Notes under the pieces: model-generated
Databases searched by the model: none
What the model was told of the DNA's origin: nothing
What the model saw: only the letters and a program-made list of their open reading frames with translations
Translations under genes and position numbers: made by a program
Shown: in pieces, positions 41,089 through 50,309 of the stretch
Layout of the letters: the number at the start of each line of letters is the position of its first letter
Numbering within the stretch: the stretch's first letter is position 1
DNA from: an uncultured Planctomycetaceae bacterium
GTDB lineage: Bacteria; Planctomycetota; Planctomycetia; Isosphaerales; Isosphaeraceae
Direction of reading: 5' to 3'
Assembly (NCBI GenBank): GCA_963833985.1
Contig: CAWIAD010000002.1
Location: 3,552,001-3,616,000 of the forward strand
DNA length: 64,000 bases

Positions 41089-42801
41089 TCATGACTCGGC
41101 GTCTTCCTCCTCAGTCAAGCCGCTGGTCTCCTCCCCAGGTTCTTCTGCCTGGAAGGCGCTCTCATCAAACTCGTAATAGTCCACGGTTTTCTTCTTCACG
41201 CCGATTTCGTGCTGCATCAGAAGATCGATCAGAGTCTCGCCGTTGATCAGGGTGATCGGAGCAGCACCCATCTCGAAAGCGGCATCCTTGGCACCTTTCC
41301 CGTAATCCCCGGTGGTGATGATCGTCCCTTTCTGAGCCTTGAACCTATGGAGTGACCCTCGCAGCATGTCGAGGACTGTGCGCTGAATGTTCGCGCGGTG
41401 CCGTTTCACCTGGATAACCTCGTTGATCGTGGTGATCCCAAACTGGGCGACCGCCTTGACATCGACGCCTTTGTCGTTGGAGGGCTGAGTGACCTCGACA
41501 TCCTCGTAGCCCATCTCGGTCAGCAGGTCGCAGATGAGTCGCTCGAAGGCATAGGGGTCCATCTTCTCCAATCGTTCCCTAAGCGTCTCCCGCTGGGATC
41601 GGTTGAACGTCTCAACCCCAGCGAGGAGTTCCTTGGTACGGTTCTGTCCCGCATCAGGCAGCCCGGAAGTAAGCGACTCAAGATACTCCTCGCCTCGCGG
41701 AGTCAGTCGATATCGTTGTCCTTCTCGATCGATCAGCTTGCGATCAAGAAGGTTCTGGAGCCGTCTGTAAAGAAAGCCTTTGACGACGGATTCCTGCCTG
41801 ACTTTGGAATGACTGATTGCGAAGTCACGCCAGCCCGGCAGCAGATCCGAGCGGCGGGCATTGCGTTTGACCTGGACGAGTTTAAGGATTTCGCCCATAC
41901 CTTCTTGGAGGTCGATGCCCCGTTCCGTCGCCCCAAACTCGGAAGCGAGCAACTCCTTGCCCACCGACGTGACTGTCCACTTTCCGTCACGCTCTTCGAT
42001 CAGATCATACCGATCGGCGACGATTCCCGGTTCCAGCGAATAGCTAGGGTTGAGCCGATGCCCTGATTTCGACCAGATCAGCTTGGCTAGTGCTTGATCA
42101 GAGCCCTTGAGCCGCTCCTCAATCCAGATCTCGGGGTTCTCCCAACTGACCGGCTCTTGTGGTGTTCCCCGGAGTCGTTTGATCGCGGTTTCGAGCGATT
42201 CTAGGTCGGAGACGGAGACACCCTCGATTGCCGTGAGGTAACCACGAAGCAGCGAAAAGGTTGGCAGCCACGCACACAGACCGGGTTTCCCAGAGGAGAT
42301 CCCTTCTCCCCCAGCAATCGAAGTCCCTTTGTTGGCGGCAGGAACCCGCTCAGCCTTCTTCTTGTCATAAGGTCGCAAGACCGGTGTTTGCTGCGCTCTC
42401 TGGATCGCGTCAAGGACGACCTCGGCGTCTTCCTTCTGGAGCCGGGTTGGGCTACCCCGCAGGTATCCCGCCCAAGATCGCGCTGGAGAGTGTAGCGATG
42501 GCTGAAGTGCCTGGTGTGGGATGCCGTGTTCGGGCAGGAGCAGGATCTCAGCCTCGACGCCCAGCCGCACGGGAAAGACCTCCATGTCCCAGATTCGTTC
42601 CTCGGAACGGTAAACGGGTTTTGTGACCCGCAGGACGCCGACCCAACGGCTGATCCCGGTAACGTAGCAAAGCAACTTGTCGCCGGGCTGAATCTGCTCG
42701 CAGGTATGGAACCGCCGCTCCCGGAAGCCTGAGACCTTCGCCCCAGCCTTCTGGAACTCCTCAAGCGTCTTCACAGTGAAAAGATCAAGCCAGTAGTTCA
42801 T
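41089..42801 (-). CDS. EVE domain - wHTH - Mrr-type restriction endonuclease (type IV-like)
   Basis: N-terminal MNYWLDLFT...IQPGD.LLCYV.G...WVG...FPVR (EVE/PUA-like); C-terminal DPYAFERL..DLL..MGY, SNDKGVD, IQVKR, GTIITT and ITLING (Mrr catalytic domain). Confidence 0.85.
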   Translation of the reverse strand: MNYWLDLFTVKTLEEFQKAGAKVSGFRERRFHTCEQIQPGDKLLCYVTGISRWVGVLRVTKPVYRSEERIWDMEVFPVRLGVEAEILLLPEHGIPHQALQPSLHSPARSWAGYLRGSPTRLQKEDAEVVLDAIQRAQQTPVLRPYDKKKAERVPAANKGTSIAGGEGISSGKPGLCAWLPTFSLLRGYLTAIEGVSVSDLESLETAIKRLRGTPQEPVSWENPEIWIEERLKGSDQALAKLIWSKSGHRLNPSYSLEPGIVADRYDLIEERDGKWTVTSVGKELLASEFGATERGIDLQEGMGEILKLVQVKRNARRSDLLPGWRDFAISHSKVRQESVVKGFLYRRLQNLLDRKLIDREGQRYRLTPRGEEYLESLTSGLPDAGQNRTKELLAGVETFNRSQRETLRERLEKMDPYAFERLICDLLTEMGYEDVEVTQPSNDKGVDVKAVAQFGITTINEVIQVKRHRANIQRTVLDMLRGSLHRFKAQKGTIITTGDYGKGAKDAAFEMGAAPITLINGETLIDLLMQHEIGVKKKTVDYYEFDESAFQAEEPGEETSGLTEEEDAES

Positions 42802-42828
42802 AGCGGATTCCAAGTCGCTCGACGAGGT

Positions 42829-45800
42829 TCAGGGCAGTAGGTCGCCTCGTCCCATCGCCTGGGCGATGTTTTTCAAGTGCTGCCTTACCGCCTGGGGATC
42901 ATCCAGGTCACGTGATTGAACGACGATCACCGTGTATCCGTCGAGTTCCAGCATCCCACGGATCAACTGGTCTCGCTGGGCAGTCTTCGGGTCGCCGTGT
43001 AGACCTCGGCTCATCCCGTCGAGGTAAACAGCCACCTTCGTTTCCTCGTGTACCCAATCCGGCTCCGTCGCAAGCCCTGCCGTCGTCGTGATCCGCTTGC
43101 AGCAGATGCCGCTGGGGAAATGGTGGTCTTGGAGCAGTCTCAGCAGCCTTGCCTCGGGCTGGTTTGAGGGGCTGCCATCTTCGGGCTTCTCCTCGTCGTA
43201 GACAGGCTGAATGGTGCGATAGAACTCAGGCTGGATGTTCAGTTTCTCAACGAGTTCCAGCGCATGATGCCGGTTCAGAAGCTCGTGGTAATATTGATTG
43301 CGGAAGGTCTTGAGACAGGCGTAGCAAGCCGCTCCACACTCTTGAGAACAACCCGCCAGCAGCGTCTTCGACGTGGCGATCAATTCCTGCCACCGATCGA
43401 GAATCTGCTCCAAGAGCCCAGAGCCGCCTGGCATCGGGTCATAGATCAGCAGATCGAGCTTTTCGTCGGCTTTGCGGACCAGGAGAAGTTGCAGGTCGTC
43501 CGGTCCCATGTCCAACAGGCGGGTGGCTGCCGTCCGCAATGCCTCCCCGATGTTAAAGCCATCCGCCTCGCAGGTAATCGCGTGGAACTGGAGCATGTCT
43601 ACGTCAGCGTGAGCCGATAACGCCAAACGTATAACCTCTTTCCCACACCGCTCCTTATGAATCTTGAGGAACTGGTTGACCTCGGTGGGCACGGCATAGG
43701 GCGACTTGGCGGCACCGCACACCGAACAGATCCAGTGCCCGAGTTCCTGATTCTTGACCCGTCCCGCTTCCCCGATGTTGACCAATTCTATTCCCTGCCC
43801 CCGCAGGTAGCTCACGTCCTGGTCGCCGATCTTGATGCCCTTACCGCCCCGAGAGTGCTTGCGAAGTCGCCCCAGGACCGTCACGGGCATTGAGAAACGA
43901 AGGTTCTCATCCTCAGTGATTCGACTCTCGTGGGCAAGATCCAGGTCCGCGATCGGTAAGGCGTCGATGGGCACGCCCCCGGTCTGCCCATAGGATGTCT
44001 GACCACCTTGGTCGGTGACATATCCCTTGAGCGGATCGACCCGCAGGGTGCGAATGCGAGCCGTCTCGTCCGCACCGAGGTGGTAGCGGGCAACGTAGAA
44101 CGTCCCCCTGTTGGCATAGAGCCGGTTGCCGGGGACAAACTCACGTAGGGCGACGACGTTGCTGCGGGACAGGTCGAACGCCTTCGGTCCCGAGGTGCGA
44201 GCAACACCACGCCGGGCTGAGGCAACGATGCCTCCCTCGTATACGCCGTACCCTGGGAGAAAGCCCTCCACTGCCAGCACTGTCAGCGTGTAGGTCTGGC
44301 GGTCGCGGGTGACGATGGAATTGATGAAGTCGTCACATCGTCTAAGCAGTTGCTCTTCCTCCCTGTCGATCAGCCCTGAGTCCTTCTTCCTGTGTAGTTC
44401 TGATCGGGTGCTCCTCGCCCATGTCAGGCGGCGATGCAGCCTCTTGACCACCGTGTCCAGTTCGGTTGCCGTACTGTCAATGATCTGCTCGATCGCTGTC
44501 CGAGTGGCGAGTTCAGCAGCCTCCTGTGGCCAGTGCTGGGCGAAGAGGGTGACGAGGCGATCTGCCAGCCCTTGCCTCATGGTTGAGATGAGAGATTGAA
44601 GAGGAGCCGTGCTGGTCGGGGTCTGACGGAACCGGTTCTCCTCATCGAGCAAGTAGGAACGGATGAATGTCGGGAACAGGATGTCCAGCACCTCCCGAAC
44701 CTGGCTGCCCGACTCGCCCGATTCCGTGGACCCGAGCAGCAATGACGAGAGGATCGCTGAACGAACATGCTTGGCGACCATCAGCGGGTTACGCAGGTTG
44801 AATGCCGGGGCTTCGATTGAGCCTCCCAGCAACCGCAGTGGGTCGTCGAAGAAGTAGCGATCATGATTGGACCGGCGACAGTAGGTGACGACGACCGCCA
44901 TCCGCTCTTCACGTCCCGCCCGCCCCGCCCGCTGCCAGTAGTTCGATGCCTTTGGTGGGACGTTCCGCATCAATGCCATGTCCAGGACACCAATGTTGAC
45001 GCCCATCTCCAGCGTTGGAGTGGCAACCAGGCAGTTGGTTCTGCCATGCCTGGACTTGAACTCTTGCTCGATCTTGTTGCGGATCTCACCCGGCACCTGG
45101 GCAGTGTGCTCCTCTGCTGTGACCATGACGAAGGGGCGTTGCATCAGCCAAACGTCATAGTTCTCCTGGTCAGGCTGCTCGGTGACGGTCGTACCGTGAC
45201 AGTTGTGCCGTGTGCATGCCGAGTTGGGAGCCTTCTGGGTCGTGATCCGTTGGCAGGTAGTGCAGCGTTCTTTGACCTGGCTGGACTTGACGACGAACTT
45301 CTCTAGGTCCACTTGCCACACGTCGGCTAGCGGAGTCTCCCGCTGAGAGCGCAGTGTCACCTTTCGGAGCACCTTGGCATCATTGGTCAAGAACTCCCAG
45401 AGAATCGTCACCGCCTCATTCACATCAAGTCTGTTGGGGTGTGCTGCCCATTTCTTGACGAGTGCCTGGACAGCCGAGGCACCACGCCTGGCGAGAAGTC
45501 CTCTCGCGTACTTGTCTGTGTCTCCCGCCGAAAGCAACAATCCCTGCGGATGGAAATCCCGCAGGTTCAGGAGCCCCGCCTGGATGTAGGGGTCGTCCTT
45601 CGGATGGTAATGGGAGTAGATCAGGTCGTTGGCGACGAGCAGGTAGCGGCTCCGTCGCCAGTTGTCTAACAGCAAGTGGACCGCTTCGACTGCCTCCTCG
45701 GGCGACAACTCCATTACTTCAGCCCACTGCCGCAGTCCCTTGCTCTGGGGATTCACACCCTCGTACACCACCTGTGCCAGTCCCATCGATTCAAGGCAGT

Positions 45801-48198
45801 CAGTACGCCTCACGCCGGTGGTGAACTCCCGCAGCACCATGAACCGCAGAGCCTTGTAGACGGGCAGCCACTTGTTGTGCCCGAAGATCGCGGGGGCTTC
45901 CTCGCCGGTCAATTCCGGCAGGAGCGTATCGATGAGGTTCTGGTCCTTGCGGAACCACTCCATGAGCTTGTCGGTAATCGCGTCGAGCGGCAGCGGCGAG
46001 CCATTCTCGACGATCACTTGATGCATCATGTGCCGCAGCCGAATACGCCGGGCGTGGTCCTGCATCCAGCCCGCCTGGAACGCAGCATCCTGGCGGCTAT
46101 CAGCGAAGATGATCAGCTTCTTGTGATCCTCCGGGGCGGCGTTGATCATCGCCTGAGCCAGAATGTGAACGTCGGAGACCGTGACCGCCTGCACCTTCCT
46201 CGCCGGTTCGATCTCCCGCCCGCCGATGCGGAACGACGGGGTACTGCAAGAGGGACAGGCAGACAATCCAGACCCGAAGGCAATCAGGGGCAGAAGCGGC
46301 TCTTGGTGACCACACCCATCCGCCAGGCAGCGAGTAGAGGACTCCCGGTGCAACGCCCCACACTGACGACAGAACCACGCCCTCGGATAGCGTGACGTGC
46401 GTGTGGATGGTCCCCCGTCTGCTTCTTCCAGGAGCCGGTTGGTCAGCACCAGCCTGGTGCCGGTTCCCTCGGGTGACGTGGACCAAAAAGCGTTTTCTTG
46501 CCCGTCCTCGTTCGGTGACGCTTTGCCGTTCTCGAAACCCCGAAGCTGGTTCTTCGCACCTCGGGCAAACTCCAGGTCGAGGCAGTACTTCTCCAGAAAG
46601 TGCTGCCCGCAGCTTCGGCAGGTAAGGACCGGGAAGAAGGCGTCATCAAGCCTACCAGGGTAGTGTTCCTTGGCATCGTGGATTGACAGGAAAAGGTGAA
46701 GCTTGGGGTCGGCATCGGTCCCGTCCAGAGCGACCACCATCTCGTCCAGTCCCCGGAGGAAGAAGTGGACCTTCGGACGCAGAAGTGACTCACCGGCTTT
46801 CTGGGCGGCGGCACCCAGGATGAGGTAAGCCAGCAGTTCGGCGTTTGCCTGGTCCCCCTCCGGGAGCCGACTCATAGCGATCCGCTGAGAGGTTTGCCAC
46901 GCCACCTCGTTGAGCCGATTGGGGTTCTTCAAGACTTGCGTGGTCTGGAAGACGTACTCGTTCGTGAACAAGTGGTCGAAGAGCGATTCTCGCCAGTCCT
47001 GACCGGGATCGAAGATTTGTCCGGTCAGTTCCTCGACGACACGTTTGATCGTATCGATATCGATTGGCTCGGTGATCGCCGCCAGAATTCGGCTCAGCCG
47101 TTCCACGCCATCACCGTGAGGTGCAACCGGACGATACCTATGCCGTGCCCATTCCCGACTGACGAAGGACTCGCCAATGAGCCTGACCTTGGTGGGATCG
47201 ACTCCGAAGAACCTGGAGGCGAACCGCCGAGCCGTCTCCTCGTTGTCGTCGTCCTTCTTGGTGGGATCGGAAAGGGTTGCCGATGTGCCAATGCAGATGA
47301 TTTCGTCGGGGGACTTTCCCGCCAGGGCACGGACCCGCCGAATCAGGCAGGCTACCTCCGCTCCTGTGGCACCGCCATAGGTATGGGCTTCGTCGAACAC
47401 GAGATACCGGATGGGTGCCTGGGCAAAGAGCGCCACGTCGGGTAGACGGGTGGTCAGGATCTCCAACTGACGGAAGTTGGTCAGGAGGATGCGAGGCTTC
47501 CGCTCGCGGATGTCCTCCTCAGAGCAGCATTCCTCCGGGGGTGCGAGGGGACGGACAGCCCTATCTTCCGCCTGGGCTTCGTCACGGCGTTGCTGACGGG
47601 CAGCGAGGTAAGCGGCACGACCAGAACCGGGGAACCGGTCGATCCCTACTTCGCCCTCGGTCGAAGGAGTAGTTCCTACCCACTGGGCAAAGCTGATCCC
47701 CGTGCCGCCAAGCATGTCCCGCAGTCGGTCTAACTGGTCGTTGGCAAGGGCGTTCATGGGGTATACAAGGATCGCTGTCAGACCCTCGTGGACGCCCTTG
47801 TCGCGTTCCCGCAGAAGGTCGTCGATGATTGGATAGAGGAATGACTCAGTTTTTCCTGAGCCCGTTCCGGTGGCGACCAGGACGTGCTGCCCCGCCTTGA
47901 CTGACTCCAAGACCTGTTCCTGGTGGAGCCACATCGACGGATAGCCGATCAGACCGGGCATAATCGCGTGGAGCGTTCCTCGATCCGCCATGCCCTGAAC
48001 CGACTCGCCCTTGGCGAAAGCTTCCGAGAGGGAAACGAACGGTCCTTTGACCAATGGCATGTCGAGCGACGTGTGACCCTTGAGGTTATCGTGAGCCTGC
48101 TTGGCGAGGTCGGGGTCCGTGATCGGGAACGCGGAGAAGATGTACCGCAGGAACTCGTCACAGACGTTGTGGGCGAATTGGACTGGGTTGATTGCCAT
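42829..48198 (-). CDS. Large YprA-like DEAH helicase with Zn fingers, DUF1998 and C-terminal Vsr/DUF559-like nuclease domain
   Basis: TGTGSGKTESF, YPMNALANDQ, FDEAHTY, TSAT, IFADSRQDAA, ATPTLEMGV.IG and YWQRAGRAGR; DUF1998 YD..PGGSG...C..EC..ACY.CL; C-terminal PD.......AVYLDG...HGD...RD. Confidence 0.9.
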   Translation of the reverse strand: MAINPVQFAHNVCDEFLRYIFSAFPITDPDLAKQAHDNLKGHTSLDMPLVKGPFVSLSEAFAKGESVQGMADRGTLHAIMPGLIGYPSMWLHQEQVLESVKAGQHVLVATGTGSGKTESFLYPIIDDLLRERDKGVHEGLTAILVYPMNALANDQLDRLRDMLGGTGISFAQWVGTTPSTEGEVGIDRFPGSGRAAYLAARQQRRDEAQAEDRAVRPLAPPEECCSEEDIRERKPRILLTNFRQLEILTTRLPDVALFAQAPIRYLVFDEAHTYGGATGAEVACLIRRVRALAGKSPDEIICIGTSATLSDPTKKDDDNEETARRFASRFFGVDPTKVRLIGESFVSREWARHRYRPVAPHGDGVERLSRILAAITEPIDIDTIKRVVEELTGQIFDPGQDWRESLFDHLFTNEYVFQTTQVLKNPNRLNEVAWQTSQRIAMSRLPEGDQANAELLAYLILGAAAQKAGESLLRPKVHFFLRGLDEMVVALDGTDADPKLHLFLSIHDAKEHYPGRLDDAFFPVLTCRSCGQHFLEKYCLDLEFARGAKNQLRGFENGKASPNEDGQENAFWSTSPEGTGTRLVLTNRLLEEADGGPSTRTSRYPRAWFCRQCGALHRESSTRCLADGCGHQEPLLPLIAFGSGLSACPSCSTPSFRIGGREIEPARKVQAVTVSDVHILAQAMINAAPEDHKKLIIFADSRQDAAFQAGWMQDHARRIRLRHMMHQVIVENGSPLPLDAITDKLMEWFRKDQNLIDTLLPELTGEEAPAIFGHNKWLPVYKALRFMVLREFTTGVRRTDCLESMGLAQVVYEGVNPQSKGLRQWAEVMELSPEEAVEAVHLLLDNWRRSRYLLVANDLIYSHYHPKDDPYIQAGLLNLRDFHPQGLLLSAGDTDKYARGLLARRGASAVQALVKKWAAHPNRLDVNEAVTILWEFLTNDAKVLRKVTLRSQRETPLADVWQVDLEKFVVKSSQVKERCTTCQRITTQKAPNSACTRHNCHGTTVTEQPDQENYDVWLMQRPFVMVTAEEHTAQVPGEIRNKIEQEFKSRHGRTNCLVATPTLEMGVNIGVLDMALMRNVPPKASNYWQRAGRAGREERMAVVVTYCRRSNHDRYFFDDPLRLLGGSIEAPAFNLRNPLMVAKHVRSAILSSLLLGSTESGESGSQVREVLDILFPTFIRSYLLDEENRFRQTPTSTAPLQSLISTMRQGLADRLVTLFAQHWPQEAAELATRTAIEQIIDSTATELDTVVKRLHRRLTWARSTRSELHRKKDSGLIDREEEQLLRRCDDFINSIVTRDRQTYTLTVLAVEGFLPGYGVYEGGIVASARRGVARTSGPKAFDLSRSNVVALREFVPGNRLYANRGTFYVARYHLGADETARIRTLRVDPLKGYVTDQGGQTSYGQTGGVPIDALPIADLDLAHESRITEDENLRFSMPVTVLGRLRKHSRGGKGIKIGDQDVSYLRGQGIELVNIGEAGRVKNQELGHWICSVCGAAKSPYAVPTEVNQFLKIHKERCGKEVIRLALSAHADVDMLQFHAITCEADGFNIGEALRTAATRLLDMGPDDLQLLLVRKADEKLDLLIYDPMPGGSGLLEQILDRWQELIATSKTLLAGCSQECGAACYACLKTFRNQYYHELLNRHHALELVEKLNIQPEFYRTIQPVYDEEKPEDGSPSNQPEARLLRLLQDHHFPSGICCKRITTTAGLATEPDWVHEETKVAVYLDGMSRGLHGDPKTAQRDQLIRGMLELDGYTVIVVQSRDLDDPQAVRQHLKNIAQAMGRGDLLP

Positions 48199-48230
48199 AC
48201 TGATCACCAGGAAGAATCATCAGCGATTGG

Positions 48231-49295
48231 TCAACGAATGGGTAGGAGACCACGAAGACGCTCGGCAAGGACGCGCTGACCGATGTCTCGGATCGCCCAT
48301 TCGATGACATCAAAAGGAACCCCCACGTATTCGCCCCAGAATCGATCAGCGATCCAATACGAGGAACTGGTGAAGTAGGGAAAACCCAAGATACCTTGGG
48401 ACGACGGGGAGGGACGAGGGACGATTTCGGCGATCTGGACTTCAATAGTGTCCGGTGTTCGCAGGATTTTCTCCTGAACAAGATATCCCAGCAATCTAAG
48501 GAGGTTCAGTCGCTCTTCCTTGTGGTCGGATCGCTTACCAAAAGTCTTAGGATTCACGAATCTGAAGGCACGGACCCGAACCTGATTGTCCAGTTGATCG
48601 GGTTCCACCACCAAGAGATCACAGTAAAGCTTATGCGAGGCGGTGTCATCTCCTCTCACAGACTGGATCATCGCCTGCATCTCGCCTCGATCGACGCCGA
48701 CCAACTCCCGTTCAAGTCGTGTTCGCTTCGTTTCATCTTGCCTAACCACGCCCCGGTCGTACTTTCTGTCATACTTGCTCACCAACTCTTTTGCCGTTTC
48801 GATAGAACCTTCCTTGAGATCGACGAGCCATTCTTTCTTGCCGGTTGCGTGCTCCAGTTCATCCTCACCGATATCAGCAGCCTTCTTTGAGTGGTTGAAT
48901 CCACCGCAGTCAGAAAGCATGTTCTGGGTAAACAAGTGCGTTACGGGGCGACCAAACACCCGAACTTGATGTACAAGAATCTCGGCGATCGATGCTTCAA
49001 GCCAAAAGCGAGTCTGCGTGGCTATTGTCTGATAGATGGAGTAGAAGCTGACGTACACCTCCTCAAGCGGCTCGTCGTCCATACCTGTGACAAGAGGATA
49101 GCGGATCGGATCACGTTCCCTTACGAACTTCGAGTAGCGTTCGTGGACAAACTGAGGTGAGCAATAGCGTTCAAGTTCTTTAGTGAAGATCCTCTGAACG
49201 ATGTCAATCGCCCAGTTGTAGTTCCTGAGTCCGCTCGGAATGACTCTCTCATCGACGGTTGCCATGACTGGTCCTCCTGCGTAGTTTAGATTCAT
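48231..49295 (-). CDS. Hypothetical protein, possibly restriction-endonuclease fold
   Basis: 354-aa ORF packed within the operon; LYCDLLVV...RAFRFVNPK and YW.ADRFW..YVG; alternative start at 49266. Confidence 0.65.
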   Translation of the reverse strand: MNLNYAGGPVMATVDERVIPSGLRNYNWAIDIVQRIFTKELERYCSPQFVHERYSKFVRERDPIRYPLVTGMDDEPLEEVYVSFYSIYQTIATQTRFWLEASIAEILVHQVRVFGRPVTHLFTQNMLSDCGGFNHSKKAADIGEDELEHATGKKEWLVDLKEGSIETAKELVSKYDRKYDRGVVRQDETKRTRLERELVGVDRGEMQAMIQSVRGDDTASHKLYCDLLVVEPDQLDNQVRVRAFRFVNPKTFGKRSDHKEERLNLLRLLGYLVQEKILRTPDTIEVQIAEIVPRPSPSSQGILGFPYFTSSSYWIADRFWGEYVGVPFDVIEWAIRDIGQRVLAERLRGLLPIR

Positions 49296-49306
49296 TGTCG
49301 GTCGAT

Positions 49307-50260
49307 TCAGCGGACTACTTTGGGCGGGGGTCTTAGCCAGCAGTCCGATGCCGCCCAGGCGGTCACGACGTGATCGTTCTCACCCACAAACGGGTAGAAG
49401 ACTCCGTTGGGTGCGGTCAGTTCGAGCATCTGGTCATACCACTGTTCATACTCGGGGTCGGCTCCCCACCCGATGAAGCAGAGATCACGGAACCGCTCGA
49501 AGAACTTGTCAGCCAGTCGCTCTGGTGTATCAAACAGTGCGTCCGTCCAGCCGAATGGATGGTGGTTGCCAGAGGTCTCGAAAGGGTCGTGATGCTGTAT
49601 GACCTTCAGGGTCTCACGCAATTGGTTCATGCGGTGACCATCGGTCAGTGCCCCATTGTCAGCGTCCATGACGATCGAGGGAACGATTGAGCAACTCCAG
49701 TTTCCAGGCGACTTGAGATACCCGTTCTGGTGCATCCAAGGGGCAGCCCGAAGGCGTGCGAAGCCCTTGCGGTGGAGATGTCGAAGCATAAGTAGAATCC
49801 GGCGAAAGAGTGACCGCTCGACGCGGCTCGCCACGTCCAAAGCGGCAATGTCACGCTTGCGGGTCGTCTGGTTCTTTGAGGAGTTGATCTTGGAACGTGC
49901 TACATCCAGAGGACACCAGGAAGACCGGGGAGGTGTGCCCTCTGGTGGTTCGTCGTTATCCTTGATCATTCCAGTGAAGAAGAACGTCGAGCTATTCTCG
50001 GTGATCCAGACGTTATGTATTGGGAAGGTACTGGTCGTCCTCCATCCGACCTTCTCTTTGAGGCATCGGCTCAGCGTCATCGCAGCCGATTCGTCAGGCT
50101 TCACACGGACTCGGGGCAATGTGGAAATCACGCCGTATGGTTTATCCTCGGGGTCGAGCACGAGTACATGGTCGCGTACATCGAAGGCGATGAACCCGAG
50201 GTGAGACACGCCCTCGGGTGCAGAGGCGAGAACGGCTTCAACTGCGTCTTCGTTCATCAT
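49307..50260 (-). CDS. Degenerate Nudix-fold domain fused to an unknown C-terminal domain
   Basis: GFIAFD....VLV..P...YG...TLPRVRVKPDESAAMTLSRCLKEKVG follows Nudix-box spacing without the REUxEE acids; C-terminal PFGW.DA..D.PE.LA.KF...F...G.G.D.EY..WY. Confidence 0.65.
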   Translation of the reverse strand: MMNEDAVEAVLASAPEGVSHLGFIAFDVRDHVLVLDPEDKPYGVISTLPRVRVKPDESAAMTLSRCLKEKVGWRTTSTFPIHNVWITENSSTFFFTGMIKDNDEPPEGTPPRSSWCPLDVARSKINSSKNQTTRKRDIAALDVASRVERSLFRRILLMLRHLHRKGFARLRAAPWMHQNGYLKSPGNWSCSIVPSIVMDADNGALTDGHRMNQLRETLKVIQHHDPFETSGNHHPFGWTDALFDTPERLADKFFERFRDLCFIGWGADPEYEQWYDQMLELTAPNGVFYPFVGENDHVVTAWAASDCWLRPPPKVVR

Positions 50261-50309
50261 GGGACACCATCCCAAGAGCTTACCGCTCACTCAAGACCCT
50301 CTGCTCCCC

